A stretch of DNA of 64,000 nt from Candidatus Limnocylindrales bacterium. GTDB lineage: Bacteria; Chloroflexota; Limnocylindria; Limnocylindrales; CSP1-4. The notes beneath the pieces were generated by a model. That model made no database searches. It was given only the letters and a program-made list of their open reading frames with translations, and was not told the DNA's origin. The stretch spans positions 289 to 64,288 of the forward strand of contig DASWZK010000018.1 in assembly GCA_036404515.1 (NCBI GenBank), read 5' to 3'. The first letter of the stretch is position 1. Each line of letters starts with the position of its first letter. The position numbers and the translations under genes are program-made. Positions 63,776 to 64,000 of the stretch are shown piece by piece.

Positions 63776-64000
63776 GCGAAGTGCGGCAGCGCTGGCGGCT
63801 CGTATTCGCGCGTGACGAGGAGGCTCGCTATCTCTCGCATCTCGATGCGGTCAGGCTCTGGGAACGCGCCTTCCGCAGAGGTGGTATTCCGGTCGCCAAG
63901 AGCGAGGGCTTCAGCCCTCGGCCCAAGCTGGTCTTCGCCGCGCCCCTGCAGCTTGGCATGCTCGCCGAGCACGAACTCGCCGACCTGTTCCTGGCCGATC
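63772..64000 (+). CDS. DUF2344 / TIGR03936-like radical SAM-linked protein, C-terminus beyond the window
   Basis: RWRLVFARDEEARYLSHLDAVRLWERAFRRGGIPVAKSEGFSPRPKLVFAAPL is the family's N-terminal signature. ATGA overlap with the antiporter stop. Confidence 0.75.
   Translation, partial: MSEVRQRWRLVFARDEEARYLSHLDAVRLWERAFRRGGIPVAKSEGFSPRPKLVFAAPLQLGMLAEHELADLFLAD

Overview
Visibly GC-rich (not computed), origin-proximal bacterial chromosome segment. Almost all of it is core housekeeping genes. I recognised no transposase, integrase, prophage, CRISPR array or canonical defence system.

Layout:
1. 1-16.2 kb: a cell-envelope glycoconjugate cluster. It holds ino1, two PatA/HtrB-type acyltransferases, a PHP phosphoesterase, a PimA-like GT4, a 2101-aa double GT-C membrane protein, two more GT-C-like membrane proteins and a polyprenyl-phosphate sugar synthase (GT2).
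2. 16.4-24 kb: bifunctional nuclease, a pseudo-PP2C/beta-propeller membrane protein, then DUF721-recF-dnaN-[oriC-like DnaA-box array]-dnaA on the minus strand.
3. 24.3-27.4 kb: rpmH-rnpA-yidD-yidC-jag on the plus strand.
4. 27.6-35.3 kb: two inverted VanW paralogs bracketing MFS, a DUF998-like gene and tmRNA (ssrA), followed by smpB.
5. 36-55.2 kb: an unbroken minus-strand block. It holds an S41 protease, ftsX, ftsE, GNAT, prfB (with its +1 frameshift), a small Cys-rich ORF, DUF218, secA, prs, gyrA, an AlkD-like gene, a thioesterase, gyrB, parB and parA.
6. About 1 kb of non-coding DNA with parS-like sites.
7. 56.2-64 kb: mreD-mrdA-rodA, a TIGR03960-type radical SAM gene, a Na+/H+ antiporter and a DUF2344 gene on the plus strand.

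The lipoprotein-type YidC and the PIM-like lipid genes suggest a monoderm high-GC lineage (Actinomycetota, Chloroflexota or Dormibacterota-like). The phylum cannot be fixed from this window.

Best candidates for something undescribed:
- the giant fused GT-C protein and its gene cluster, including a PHP phosphoesterase placed where a phosphatidylinositol-phosphate phosphatase would be expected;
- an orphan, hairpin-bounded structured locus of about 480 nt between the S41 protease and smpB;
- perfect 25-bp tandem repeats in front of the second VanW gene;
- a Cys-rich mini-protein translationally coupled to prfB;
- about 25 kb of essential genes oriented head-on to the predicted oriC.

All family calls rest on motif recognition by eye. 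No database search was run.
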